Positions 36,035-48,824 of a stretch of DNA of 64,000 nucleotides are shown here, one piece after another. The notes under the pieces are model-generated. The model saw nothing but the letters and a program-made list of their open reading frames with translations. It had not been told where the DNA came from and did no database searches. The number at the start of each line of letters is the position of its first letter. Positions within the stretch are counted from its first letter, which is position 1. This stretch comes from Fonticula-like sp. SCN 57-25 (taxonomy: Eukaryota): NCBI GenBank assembly GCA_001724245.1, contig MEDX01000006.1:1-64000 (forward strand), in the 5' to 3' direction. Made by a program: the position numbers and the translations under genes.

Positions 36035-37966
36035 ATGGCGTCCTGGCACCCGACGGCTGAGAGCATCGTTCGCCGCCTGCTGGGGCCGACGGACAGCGCG
36101 TTCCAGTCGCTCCTGGCCGAGCAGCAGCAGAAGGTGTTTAAAGATGTGCGTTTTTTAAAGTCTTTTGTTTGCTCTATTGGTTGACACGAGGATAACAGGA
36201 TGACTTGTCCCCTGATGTCCTCGCTCGGCATGCTCAGCGCACCCTCCAGGCATCGCGCGAGCAGCATGACCGCCGGGATCCCCTCGGGCTCTACCGCAAA
36301 CTGAGCGATCGCATTGAGCGGTGCGCCTTTACTTTACCTCATTATACTGCTTTGCTGATTGACATTTAGGCACGACATTGCCGACTATGGTCGCCATGTC
36401 TCCCGCTTCCTCTCGCGCGATGCATCGTTGGAGGCGTCACTGCGCGAGCAGATCGAGCGCGCCATTGATGACCTTGAGGCGGAGCACGCACGCGAGGAGG
36501 AGGCGCTGGCAGAGTCTCGGCGCGCGGAGGCGCGCGCGCAAGTCCTGGCACGGCAGCAGCGCGAGGCGGCCAAGGCGCAGCTCCAGCAACAGCAGCTGCA
36601 GCAGCCGGTTCGCAAAGAGTCGCCCGCCACAGTCCTTCCGACCGTCGCCGCCATAGCAAAGCTGGAGGGGAAGCAGGACGCGCTGCAATTAGAGTCGAGC
36701 ACGGGCAGCGGCCCGATGGATATTTCGCCGTCTCCCTCTCTGGCCGACTCGGCCTCGGCCCTGTCGGTCGCCTCAGGGTCACTGTCTGCTCCTTTGGCAG
36801 CATCTGCTGCGGCTCCTCTGGCCTCTTCAACACCAACAGCACCATCCATTTCAGCTTCGGTCTCTACAGTGTCGGCTTCTTCAACCCCGCCGGTCTCTTC
36901 TGCGCCATCAGATGCGCCGCAGGTGACTCAAGTTGCTGCCCTTGCTGCTACTGCGGTCCCAGCTGCCTCTTCTCCTGTCTCAGTGCCATCAGAGTCGGTT
37001 GCCGTGACAGCGCCCGTGGAATCCGCCGAGCTTATTGCGTCGGCGTCCGTGCCTCTGCATACCGACAAGGAGCATTCCGTGCCTGTCGCCCACGTCGACC
37101 CGGCGCCTGCCCCCGCACCCGCCGCCGCCAAGGCCGACCTCGAAGCGTCGCCGGCGGCCTCGATTACGCCCAAAGCCGCCTCGCCAAAGGCTGACGCGCC
37201 CAACGACGCCGACAGTCTGTCGTCTTCCGAGTCGTCGAGCTCGGACGACTCTCTATCGGACACATCGTCCGATTCGTCAGATTCGTCCGACTCCTCTGAT
37301 GATTCACTATCGTCTCTGTCGTCGTCAGAGGACGAGGAGGACGGCCCGGAGAGCGACGCAGAGGCGCGTGTCGTGAACCAATCAACGACAACGAAATCCG
37401 GCCGCCAGGCGCGCCCCCGCCGGCGGGATATCGAGGATGCGACGCCGGCCGCGGCGGGCAAGGAGAGGGCATCCAAGCGGGCCGCCGAGGGCGCGCAGCC
37501 AGAGCGAGCATCCAAGAGGCGGCGAGGCGGCGACACCGAGGCGAGCGGCACACAAGATGCAAGCGGTTCTTCAAAGCGCCGAGAATCGAAATCGGAGCGC
37601 GGCAAGGCAAAGCAGGAGACGAAATCAGAGCGCGCCAAGGCCAAATCAGCGGCCAAATCGGCGGCGAAATCAGCACGCGGAAAGGCCAAGTCAGAGGCCC
37701 AAGAGACGAAATCAAAGCGCAAAGAGTCAAAGGCGAGCGGCGAGTCGAGCGGCAAGGCAGGCAAGCGCAAGCGTGGCCAAGAGGACGACGCGCCCTCGAC
37801 GCCAAAGAGGCAGCGGGCGTCCGGCCAGGCTGGCGGCAGCGGAGCATCGACAGACAGGTCTGCACGAGCGAGCCGCCGCGCGGTGAGCCAAGGCGACGCC
37901 GGTGCAGCAGCTCAAGGAACAGAGGGCGAGTCGACGCCGCGCCGCTCAAGCCGCCGCAATCAGTAA
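36035..37966 (+). CDS. Hypothetical nuclear protein, possible BOD1/Shg1 (COMPASS-associated) N-terminal domain followed by disordered S/A-rich, acidic and basic tracts
   Basis: ATG 36035 in AAAATGG context; two GT-AG introns link to the 535-aa ORF. The helical N-terminal part ends LREQIERAIDDL, resembling BOD1 ..RPQIERAI.. (recall only). Confidence 0.6.
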
Positions 37967-38234
37967 AATGTAAAACACTGTTTTGTACAATACACCTTGT
38001 TTAGACCCTTTTATAATGATATCCAAACTTTATTGACAAGCAACGCTGGGAATGTGCTCCATTACCTTTATTAATATTGTGTTTGTGAGCTATATAGCGG
38101 CATTTCAAGTAATAAGCCATATTACGTTGGCGTCCCCGCAGTTCCGTTCAGTCCCGGCAACGTGATTGGTCGATTTTGATCCCGGACGCGGGAAACCCCT
38201 AGCTACCGCCGTTGCTTCGACCGTTCAGGCAGCC

Positions 38235-40043
38235 ATGTTGACGACGGTGTGGCTCACCGTGGCGGAGGCCCTATGGATCCTGAGCCCCACCACCTACATG
38301 CTACTGGTACTTTGATGCTGCTCTGCTGGGCCTTCCCTGGCGATCACTCACACGGCGTCGTTGCTAGATCAGCGAGCTGGTCAACTTGATTTACTCTGCG
38401 TATCGCGGCAAGGCCCGCCCGCTCACCCACTTGATCATGCTCTGCCTCATTTTCCTATTCGAGTCTCAGTTCTTGCGTCACTACGAAGTTGTACGCAATT
38501 GGCGTTTGTACCCATCCTTCGGGCTCCCACTCATCCGTGATCTCATTCCGCACAGCCGTTCGCCCTTGCGGTCGGCGCTTCGTCGCTCCCCTTGCCGCAG
38601 CGCCTGCTCTTCCCGCCGGACTACCGCCGCAACCTGACGAGTTATGCCGGCAATGTTGACTTTAGCTCTGCTGCCTTTGCGATGCCCTCGACCGAGGAGG
38701 AGCTTGCGTCGCTTGTGGCCGCGTCCGATTCCGTCAAGGTGGTCGGATCGGGGCACTCGTTCAGCGCGATCGCCGCGCCGACACCGTCCGGCCTGCTTCT
38801 CAATCTCGACAACTATGGCAAGCTGCTCAACGTGGACCTTCCTGCGCGCAGGGCGACGTTCGAGGCGGGTGTTCGTATCCGCGACATGCACGCGATGCTC
38901 CAGCCGCACGGCCTCGCTCTGCCGACCACTGGCGCCATCCACACGCAGTCGTACGCTGGAGCAATGAGCACCGCCACGCACGGAAGCACGCGCCTCTACG
39001 GTAGCTACGCGAGCCTCGTCGTGGGGATGCGAATCATCGCCGCCAACGGAACCGTCATCGAGTGTTCCGACGTGCGCCACCCCGAGCTCTTCCGCGCTGC
39101 CAAGGTAGGGCTCGGCGTCGTCGGTGTCATTTCTACCGTCACGCTGCAGCTCGTCGAGGGCTTTTACCTCACCAAAGTACGAATATAAGTTTGACTTTCA
39201 CGCGTGTTATGTTGGTCATGTTGATGCGCACGGATGGCAATGAATGTCGTGTGTGCCGTCTCTTCCATGGAATGTTGCTCACCCTTTCCTTCCAAGACCG
39301 AGTCGTCCCCCACGCTCATGTCCGACCTCCTCTCCTCGTTCGAGTCGGACCTCTCCTCCAATGACTACTTTTTCTTTTACAACTTTCCCGCGACGGACCA
39401 CGGCCGCACCGTCAAGTTCAATGTCTCGCCCATTGCTCCGTCGTTTGGCGACCACGCGCGCCGCTGGGTGAACAACGCCCTTGTGAATGTTCTCACGACG
39501 ATTGCATGGGTGGAGACAAAGCTTCCCTCGATGCGCCCTCTTCTGCACGGCTCCCTTGTGACGCTCTCGTCCGAGACGACGTACGCGGGCGACTCGCACG
39601 ACATCCTGCTGGTCAAGTCGGCGAGCAACTATGGCATGGACATTGAGTACTACTTTCCGCTCGAGCGCTGCCGCGAGGCCATCTCGACCGCCTTTGCGGC
39701 GCTGGAGAACGAGCCTTTCCTGCTCAACGGCGTGAGCGCCGTCAGGTTCATCCGCGCCGAGGACGCCTACATGTCGCCGTTTTACAGCGAGCAGCAGGAC
39801 CAGGTGTTTTGCGCGCTCGACCTCTTCATGTCGAGGGCGTACGACGAGCGCCTTATTGAGTTTGCCGACAACCTCTTTGCAAAGTTTGGTGGGAGGCCGC
39901 ACTGGGGAAAGAACCACAACCTGACGGCCGACACGGTCAGGAAGCTCTACCCAAAGATGGACGACTTTTTGGCGCAGAGGGAGGCGATCGACCCCAGTGG
40001 AAAGTTCCTCAATAGCCACACGAGGGCGTTGCTCGGGTTGTAA
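38235..40043 (+). CDS. L-gulonolactone / D-arabinono-1,4-lactone oxidase-like FAD oxidase with hydrophobic N-terminal extension
   Basis: VKVVGSGHSFS (covalent FAD His), QSYAGAMSTATHGS, PELFRAAKVGLGVVGVISTVTLQ, C-terminal FGGRPHWGK..YPKMDDFLAQREAIDPSGKFLN. Three introns. Confidence 0.9.
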
Positions 40044-40694
40044 TTGCGCATGTAGACCGAAATACAGACAGTAAGCTGAATATTTATCAAATTAATGCTT
40101 GTCAAGGGCCAGATCACGTGTGATTTTTGTCGATTTTCGTGAAAGTCATTACGTGTATTGCAGTTTTTCTCTACGTGCAAATGGCCAAAAGAAAGAATAT
40201 GCTACAATAAACGATGTAGTAATGGTAGAGTACGCTAGACGAAATGGAAAGATTGTTTCTCGGTTACATAAAGACGAATTTCGGTTCCACGAAGCACACT
40301 AGCAGATTGGATCTTTTGAAATCTCGGTGCTATTCCCTCCTCGGACGACTAATAAAAATTTTAATTCTTTCCTTTTCATTACTTTATTACTCTAAATAGG
40401 CTAGTCACATTCTTTTCTTTGCATCGTCTGCAAAAAATGCACCAAATAGCATCATTGTATAGCGGAGAGTCGATTAACAGACTTTGTCAAATATCGCGGT
40501 AGTCATTCTAACACGATAAAACCGCCAAATTATAGCTCAAAAGGTGCAGGACGCTATGACAAATTGACTGATATATGGTAGTGCCACACTTTACCTTCTT
40601 TTCGGCATAGAGTTATATTGCCTTTGTGGCAAAGTCCATTCGATTCTGTCACCGTTTCCCGCCAAATCGATTGTCACGTGTACCCGCCGCCAAG

Positions 40695-41917
40695 ATGGAC
40701 TGGGACGATGTTCTTGCTCAGATGGAGTTCCCGGACGACCCGGAGGCTGCGTTTGCCAAGGCACAGCGCGAGGTCCCTCTCCTAATGAATGAGCTTCCCG
40801 AGAACCCGCTTGATAATCCGGCCATCGCGGCTCTCCAGTCGCTGATTTACGATGAGACGCCCGAAGGTTCGCACATCCTTGAAATGATCCCGTCTGGATG
40901 TTAACGCGCGCTGCCCTTTCTCCTTTTCCTACCTCCTTTATAGCGGTGGCGGAGAACTTTAAGGCGCAGGGAAATGAGGCGTACCGCCAAGGCCCTCTCA
41001 AGCTCCGCGACGCGCTAGAGTTTTACACACGCGCGCTGGCAGCCAAGAGCAGCGACGTCAAGCTGAACGCCACGTGCCTGTTGAACCGCGCGCAGGTGCA
41101 TCTCGACCTGAAGAACTACGGGAGTGCTAAGCGCGACTGCCACGACGCGCTGCGCCTTGATCCCAGCAATGTGAAGGGACACTACCGCCTGACGCGGGCG
41201 CATCACGCCCTGGGCCAGCTGGATGATGCGCTGGTGCACTGCATGCGCGGTCTCGATCTCGAGGCGGACAATTCTGCGCTGCTCACCGAAAAGGGCCGCA
41301 TTGAGCGCGACTTGGCCTCGCGGCGGGCCGAGGAGGAGAAGAAGGCGGCGGCGAAGGTCAAGGCCGAGGCGCAGGCCAAGGCCGAGGCGGACGCTCTCGC
41401 CGGCGCCCTTCGCACGCGCAAGTACCGGTTCACGACCGAGGCGGATCAGATGCGCTTCAGGTCAAAGGCCGACGGCGACAAGAAGGAGGAGCGCACCATT
41501 GCCTCTGCCATTGGCCACACGGTCACGCTGCACGAGGACGGCACGCTCCACTGGCCTGTCTTTTTTGTGTACCCCGAGTATCAGGTGTCCGAGCTCGTGT
41601 CCGACTTTGGCGAGGACGACACATTCGCCGAGCACTTGCAGATGATGATGAGTGAGAGGGCGCCATGGGACGTGCGGGGAACGTACAAGGCGGACAAGCT
41701 CGTCGTGTGCTTCGAGGCCCGGAAAGAGGAGCAGGGCAAGACGGTAATTGCGCTCGCGCAGATCGGGCAGGCAACAAAGCTAAAGGACGTGCTCGCGCAC
41801 AAGTCATACTTTATCGTGGACAGGACGCCCTCTTTCCTTATTATGGAGAAGGACTCGGAGTTTCACAAGCATTTCGTCGCAAAGTACAAGCAGCCGATTG
41901 TCGCCGCCAGCCGGTAA
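40695..41917 (+). CDS. CNS1: TPR co-chaperone CNS1/TTC4
   Basis: PLLMNELP..ALQSLIYDETPE, AENFKAQGNEAY, three TPRs, wheel domain LHWPVFFVYPEYQVSELV..APWD. Confidence 0.92.
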
Positions 41918-42068
41918 CCGGCACTCTTTTTTATCATATGTACCATATCTATCACTCTACCCCCAATACAGCTTCTTGTCAACCATTATAACCCCTATGT
42001 GCATTTTGAAAATCACAAGAAAACTTTTGCTTTACTACGAATGTACAAGAACAAAAATCATCGTATTC

Positions 42069-44977
42069 TCAGCGGCGGCCTCCCCGCCCGCGCTTGTTTG
42101 GCCCGCCGCGCTGGTGTGACGACGAGCGCCCACGCTTCCCGTGTCCGCCGCGTCCGCCGCGCGAGTATCCGTTGCCGCGCCTTGGCGCCTCGTCCTCATC
42201 CTCATCGTCGGACGGCGGGCGCTCGGGCTCCTCGGTGGCGTCGAGCACCGCGGGCATCTCGATGCCGTCCATATCGTCGTCCTCGTCGTCGTTGTCGCCG
42301 AGACCAGCATCGGGGGCAGCAGCAAAGTCAATGTCGTCGCCGGACGGCGCGACGGCGCTCTCGGCGGCGGTCGCCGAGGTGGCGCCCGCGAGCCACCGCA
42401 CGCCCGACTTTTCGACCATGTGGGCGCGCTGGGTCGCGGCGATGACAGCCGCGGACGCCGCCTCGTCCGCCTCGTCGTCGAGCGGCGCAATGTCGGCCAT
42501 GGCAGACAGCGTGTAGTTTGTAATGTAGGAGCGCGTGAGCAGCTTTTGCACGCGCGTATAGTGCCGCTCCGTGTAGGGGATAATGGCCTCAAAGAGCTGC
42601 TTGAGACCGGGCATGGCGAGGAGCTCGTCGGCGGTGCGCGTGCGCAAAAAGAGCCCGAGGACGCGCTGGGCAATGTCGGCGGAGCGCGCGTTCGTGTTCC
42701 AGTCACGTACGTACTTTAATGTCTGCAGGGTGCGCTCGGGCGAGAGGCCGGCAAGCGCCGCGTCGACCTTTTCGCGGGCGGTGGTGTCGTCGGCCTCGAC
42801 GACCTGGCGGAGGACGTTGAGCAGCCTGCGAGGCTGGTCGAGCTCGAGGCAGAGCAGCACAGCGCGCTTGTAGTCGCCGCGCTGCAGGCTGTTGGAGAGG
42901 TCCTGCGCGCACAAAAGCTCGCGCTCCTCCTCGGCCGCGCGCTCCTGGTCCTTGGCGGCGGTCTGGTCCTCCCACTCCTGGATGACGGCGTCGGCGCCGC
43001 CGGTCACGACCAGCGAGTCGTCGCGGCGCACGGCCAGCGCCCACACTTTGTCCTCGTGCGCGTCCATTGTGTCCACGCACTCGCTCGACCGCAGCGTCCA
43101 CAGCTTCACAAGGCCGTCCGAGCCGCTCGAAAGCAGCTGGAGGCCAAGCGAGAGGAAAGAAACGCGAACGACAGAGTTGGTATGACCCTCCAGCGACTTG
43201 ATGCACGTGTTGTCAATGAGCGACCACAGCTTGATCGTCTTGTCGCCAGAGGACGATGCGAGCAACTGCTCAACGGGCGAGAACGCGACGCTCCACACAC
43301 CGCGCTTGTGGCCGCGCAGCGTCGTGACGGCCGAGCCGTCCTCCACGCGCCACACCTTGACCGTCTTGTCCTGCGAACCGCTCGCCATCAGCTTGTCGTT
43401 CGGCGCTACAGCAACAGAGTTGATGTCCTTGTCGTGCGCGCGAATCGTCGACCGCGCAGTAGGGTTGCTCAGCGTCGAAATATCCCAGATCTTGATCGTG
43501 CGGTCTTCGCTGCCCGTCACGAGGAAACCATGCTCGCGGCGCGAAAGGGCCACAGCGCCAATCGGCGATACGTGACCGATGCACTCGCCCACATTCTCAA
43601 AGCGCTTCACGCCGTCGGCCGAGTCAAACAGCTTCCAGAGCCGAGCGGAATGGTCCTTGGAGCCACTGGCAAGCAGCGTGCCATCCCGGTTGACGTCCAG
43701 GCACAGGACGAGATCAGTGTGACCGTAGAGAAGGTCGCAGTCGAGCGTCGCCATCGTGTACACGCGGATCTGCTCGCTGTTTGACGCCACCGCCAAGAGA
43801 GACTCGTCCTTTGCAGCAAAGCGAACGTCAAGCACAGAGTCATTCGTCCCGACAATCTGCTTCGTGCGAGCAAAATCGCTGATGCGGTAGAAGAGAAGCG
43901 TGCGGTCAACCGAAACGCCGATGAGCGATTTGAGCGACGTCGAGTAGAGCGCCATCACAAACGACTGCTTGTGGCCCTCGGGAAGCTGCTCAAACGCGCA
44001 CACGCCCGTCTCAGCATCCCAGATACGGAAGATGCCCTTCTCGCCGGCCGTGTAGATATACTGCGGCTGGTCGCTCTGCGCCTCCTCCGCGGGGGCGGCA
44101 GCCTTGCTCTTTGATTTCTTTGATTTGGTCGGCGCGACGGCCTCCACCACGGGGCTGCCCGGGAACGCCGTACCCGCCTCGAGGAAGCCAACCGTCTCAA
44201 GGGTTTCATAAACGGGGATGGTGCGGATGGGCTTGTCCGTGCGCAGGTCCCAGAGCACGAGGACGCGATCGCGCCCACCGCTGAGGAGGCGCCACCCGTC
44301 CGCCGACACGTCGAGGGAAATGACCGCACTTACATGGTTATTCAAAACTGCAGCGGCTCCGCCGGCGCGCGTCAAGTCCCACACGCGGATCGTGCCGTCG
44401 TCGTAGCCAGAGTACAGCGTCCAGCGTTGCGCGTTGGGGTGGAACATGAGGGACGTGACGACCGAGCGCGGCCCAACAAAGTTGTGCGTAGTATACCCCT
44501 TGTCGAGGTCAAAGACGCGCGTACCGCCGTCACTGCTACCCGTCGCAAGGAGAAAGCCGGTCGAGTCGATGCACATTGAGATGACCGGCGTGTCGTGCGC
44601 CTTGAAGCTGCGAATCTGCTCGCCGGTTTCGGCATCCCAGACACGCACCTGAAGACTGCGCGACGCAGTGAGAATGCGGCGGCCATCGGGAGTCATAGCA
44701 AGCGCCGTCACGGGCTCGCTATCCTAAAGAGTGCACATAATTGAGCGGTTCCGTCGAATGCGCGTGCGAGAGAGCGTACTCCAGGAAGCGTCAGGCGGAC
44801 ATGCCCATCGGCAACCTGCACAAGATTAACAGTATCGCCGCAGGCGCACAGCAGGCAGCTCTGGTCGGGCGAAAGCACAACAGCGCCACCCAAGTAGACG
44901 CTGCTGATCTTGCGCGCTGCCCCGTACGACGTCTTGAGCGCGTGCGCGGCCGCTCCGCCGCCAGCCGCCTTGCCCAT
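42069..44977 (-). CDS. UTP13: SSU processome WD40 protein UTP13/TBL3
   Basis: Many WD repeats (AHDKDINSVAVAPNDKLMASGSQDKT, LRGHKRGVW) and Utp13 C-terminal domain (QDLSNSL, VRDWNTNAR, IPYTERHYTR). One intron near 44723-44779. Confidence 0.95.
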
Positions 44978-45078
44978 GATCGCGTTACACTCCACGCGGC
45001 GACGCAAACTGCAAACTGGCATAATATGATTGTCACAGCCTTGTCACATGGAATTCTGTTCGAACTTGGCGGCAGAAG

Positions 45079-47405
45079 ATGGGGCTGGACCGACCTAGTC
45101 CGACGATGGGCGTCGGCGGGGCGTCGTCCGGCAAGCTCCGCCACTGGCCTGTCTTATCGCGGGCTCGTACCTTATATCAATTTTTTGTACGACACCGCGT
45201 CTTGCAGCTTCTTGTGGTCACATCTTTGATCTTTGCCCTCGACAACCTGTTGTCGTACCCGGTGGAGTGGACCTTTGGCCTGTTGACCACGGCGATGGCC
45301 GCGGCACACGCGTACCAGCTTGGCGCGTCGGTCCTTTTCCTCTACATCACCTTTACAATTGCCCTTGACTATATCGTACGCATCGCGTTTGGTCGCTCTT
45401 ATTGAATACTTGTGGCCGACGGTGCTCACACGTCATGCGTGTCATCCAGGTGTTCATGCGGATCCCCTATGAGACGGCGGCCTACCTCGCCACGACGACC
45501 GTCTTCCTCCGCCTTGCACACCGGATAGTGGGGCTGCGCTCCATACCGGGGCTGCTTTTCGCGATCGCCTGCGTTGTAGGGTTTCTCTATCGGCCCAGCA
45601 TGCTGTCGATGGTCCACATGCCTCTGGCTGCCAGCCACTGCACAGGTACGCAGCCGTGCTCTCCTCCCCTCGCTCAAACTCACGCGCGGCCCGCGAACAG
45701 TGTATGGCGTTGGGTGGATCTTACTATCGCTGTGCGCGCACATGTACTCCATGTTTGACGACTATTGCATGTCGTTTGGGGTGCAGTCGATAGAGCGGCC
45801 AGTCGTCTACCTCGGCGACGTGTCGAGCACATCCCTATGTGTGTATTGGTCGCACGGTTCATTAAGCAAGTCATTTGTACAAAACTATCTTATCCAGATT
45901 AACGGCGAGAGCGCCGGCAAGGTATCCTTTGATGAATCAACGTACGCCAGGCTTTGCGCCGCGCACGGTAACTGACCCGTCCTCCGTTGCAGCGTTCTGC
46001 TTCAACACTTGACGCCGTCCGAGCTCTACAAAGTGTGCATTATTGCAAAGTCGCCGCGGAGTTCGATATCATCACTGCCGCTCTTTGTGCGCACCGCGGC
46101 TGCATCAACGTCGCCGCCGTCCCCCTCGTCCCCCCAGCATGAGCCGGCGGCTGACGCGGTCGCTGAAGCGGACCCCGCGACCCCCGCGGCGGACGAAAGC
46201 CCCGCGCCAGAGTCGCTCGATGATTTGCGCGAGGAGCAGCGGGTGCTCGTGCAGCAGCGCGCCGAGCTCGAGCAGTCGCTCAAGGACCTCGAGGCGGCTT
46301 TCCACAAGGAGACGGAGGAGCTGCGCACCGACATTGCAAAGGTGCGCTTTGTCGGCACTGTTTCAGGCAAAGAGCTAACTTGTATTGTTTGTGTAGCTGA
46401 GGGATGCGCGCAAGCCCGACGAGGACAGCAAGCAGCGTCTCAAGCGGATGAAGGCCCTGGAAGAGGCCAAGGCAAAGTCGGACATTCAAAAGGCGCGGCT
46501 GGAGCGCGAGCTCAAGGGCGAGGCGGACCACGCGGTGACGCTTGCCCAGCGTCTCAAGGACCTTGAACAGGAGGAGATCGCCGACAAGGAGGCGCTCGAG
46601 ACGCTCTCAAGGGAGCAGGCGGACTCGACAACCTACTTTGACGAACAAGTTGCCGCTCTCATGACGCGGTTAGAGGTACGCTTTCTCTCTTTTTTTTATG
46701 CAGATTCTCAATGGGATTGCTGCTTTGTAGGCTGCTCGCAAGCAGCTCGTCAAGCTGAACAGTCAGCTGGCGACGCGCGCCGCACAGCGCGAGTCCTCTA
46801 AGCGGCGCGCGGCCGCTGCACTGGAGGAGCGTGACCGCGAGCTGGCCAAGCTCGAGCAGCTCACGAACGCGCACAACGAGGCCGAGGAGCGCAAGCTGGC
46901 GTCGGCGCGCGAAACGTCGCTCCTGTACCTCGAGTACCAAAAGCTCAACGAGGAGAACAAGAAGCTGCACCAGATGCTCCGCGAGGAAACGACGCGCAAG
47001 ATGATGCTCATGGCCGAGCTGAGCAACGCCCGCAAGGCGCGCCAGGACGCTTTCTGGGCGCCCTCGTCGTCGGCGTCGTCCACCTCGTCGTCGCCGGCAC
47101 CGGCCCAGGGGCAGCAGCCGTCCTCGTCGTCGCCCGTGTCGAGCCCGTTCCACGACAGCATCCTATCGTCCACTTCGTCGCAGTCGGCCTTTTCGCGGCC
47201 GTTCGGGCAGGGGCTCTTTGCGCAGACCGCCTTTTCGCCCGTCGTCTCGCGATCGATGTCGCCCTCGTCGTCGCCCCCGATGGACCCCATCGATTCGCTG
47301 CCGAACTCGGCGTTTGCGAACGGCAACCAGCCGCCGTTTCCACCGGCGTCAAACGACGGGGGCGGGATGAGCTTTTTCCGCTCGCCCTTTGCCTGGGGCA
47401 GCTGA
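45079..47405 (+). CDS. Multi-pass membrane protein with a macoilin (TMEM57)-like TM domain, an FN3-like domain and a long coiled coil
   Basis: QLLVVTSLIFALDNLLSYPVEW..LDYIVFMRIPYETAAYLATTTVF..PLAASHC parallels the macoilin N-terminus as recalled. FN3-like VSSTSLCVYWS..NYLIQING..LTPSELYKVCIIA; E/K/L-rich heptads; Ser-rich tail. Confidence 0.7.
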
Positions 47406-47554
47406 GACGGCAAATTTTAGGCATCAACCTTATGCATGATTACTTTGTACATTCTTTTTGTCATAATAGAGCTCACAACGTAAACCGGCGCAAGGCCTGC
47501 TCTACACCATTTCACAGTTTATTACAATGGGCCAGTGAAACACAATTCTACACA

Positions 47555-48633
47555 CTAGATGCCGAGGTTGGTGTTGCCGTCGAGGGGATTGTGGGCCGTC
47601 GCCTCCCCGCCTGCGCCCTCCTCCAAGCGATACACGGCGCTCCTCCTGTGCTGCATGACCGGCATCGCCGTCCGCACCTTTTCAAGCGCATCCAAGTCTA
47701 TATCCGCCGTGGCCACGTCCGGCTCGCCCGCGCCGCCCAGCGCGGCCACAATCTTGCCCCACGGGTCCACCACCTGGCTCGTCTGTAAGAACCGCGCAAG
47801 GAAAAAGTAACGCGCCGCGCACCATTGAGTGCCCGTAGCTCTGCCTGTTTTCATTGTGCCGCCCCGCCTGCGCGCTCGCAATGACATAGCACTGTGTCTC
47901 TATCGCCCGTGCCCGCAGCAGCACCTCTGCATCATCACGTCAGCCAAACGCAGTACAATTAGAGGCAGTACCCCAGTGCGCCTCGCCCGTTGGCACTGTA
48001 AACGCCGAAGGAAAAGATAGAAGCTGCGCTCCAAGGCTGCGCTGCAGCAGAGATAGTTCGGCGAACCGCAGGTCGTAGCAGACCTGAAGGCCGAGCACGC
48101 CCATGGGGGTTTCGATTGGGCGGTGCACCTTGGGGCCGGGGCGGACGCCGGCAGACTCTTTCAGCGGCGACAGACCCGCAAGCGATATATCAAATAGGTG
48201 CTATCAAAGTGGGAAGAAATATAGTGGTGAGCGGCGCGCGCGTGCCAACGACGCTACGCACCACTTTGCGGTAAACATCGACGACGGATCCCGTCGAATC
48301 GATGAGGACGTGCGAGTTGTAAAAACGCGGGTCGCCGTCGTCGGGGGAGACGCGCTCGTGCACACCAATGGCAACCATGATCCGGTGGCGCGCAGCAGCG
48401 GCGCTGATCACTGAAAGAAAGGGGCCGGTGAGAGGCTGCGCGAGGGACATGGCTTCCTCGCGCGATGTCGAAATGTAGTCGGATGCCTCGGGGAGGAAAA
48501 CGGCGAGGCTCCCAAGCGATGCTGCACGCTGGATAAGCGACTCGCACACCCGCAAGTTGGCCTCCACATCATTGGAAGAGCACATCTGCGCGACGGCGAT
48601 GCGCCGAAGTGCCCGAGGAACCGCCGCCGCCAT
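47555..48633 (-). CDS. NIT1: Carbon-nitrogen hydrolase NIT1 (deaminated glutathione amidase)
   Basis: [80 protein letters not shown]. Confidence 0.93.
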
Positions 48634-48824
48634 CACACCTGCACGGGCGATTCGTGGCGGGAAACAGTGTGATTGGTCAATTTTTACTCTCTGCTGTGCA
48701 TCGATGTTCAAAAATTGTGAGCAGGACAAACGAGTATCCACTTTCCACATTGCATTAAGAAAATCTGACAAAAACGTAACAACATAAGGTATAGGAACTG
48801 GTCGGCGCGTGCATAGCGTCGCTC

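Noticed and set aside
45922-45992. GTATCCTTT, a perfect U12-type donor word, in the macoilin-like gene
   Set aside because: Splicing there (phase 0) breaks the frame. The downstream GTACGC donor (phase 2) restores ..ESTVLLQHLTPSELY.., and no U12 branch site is present.
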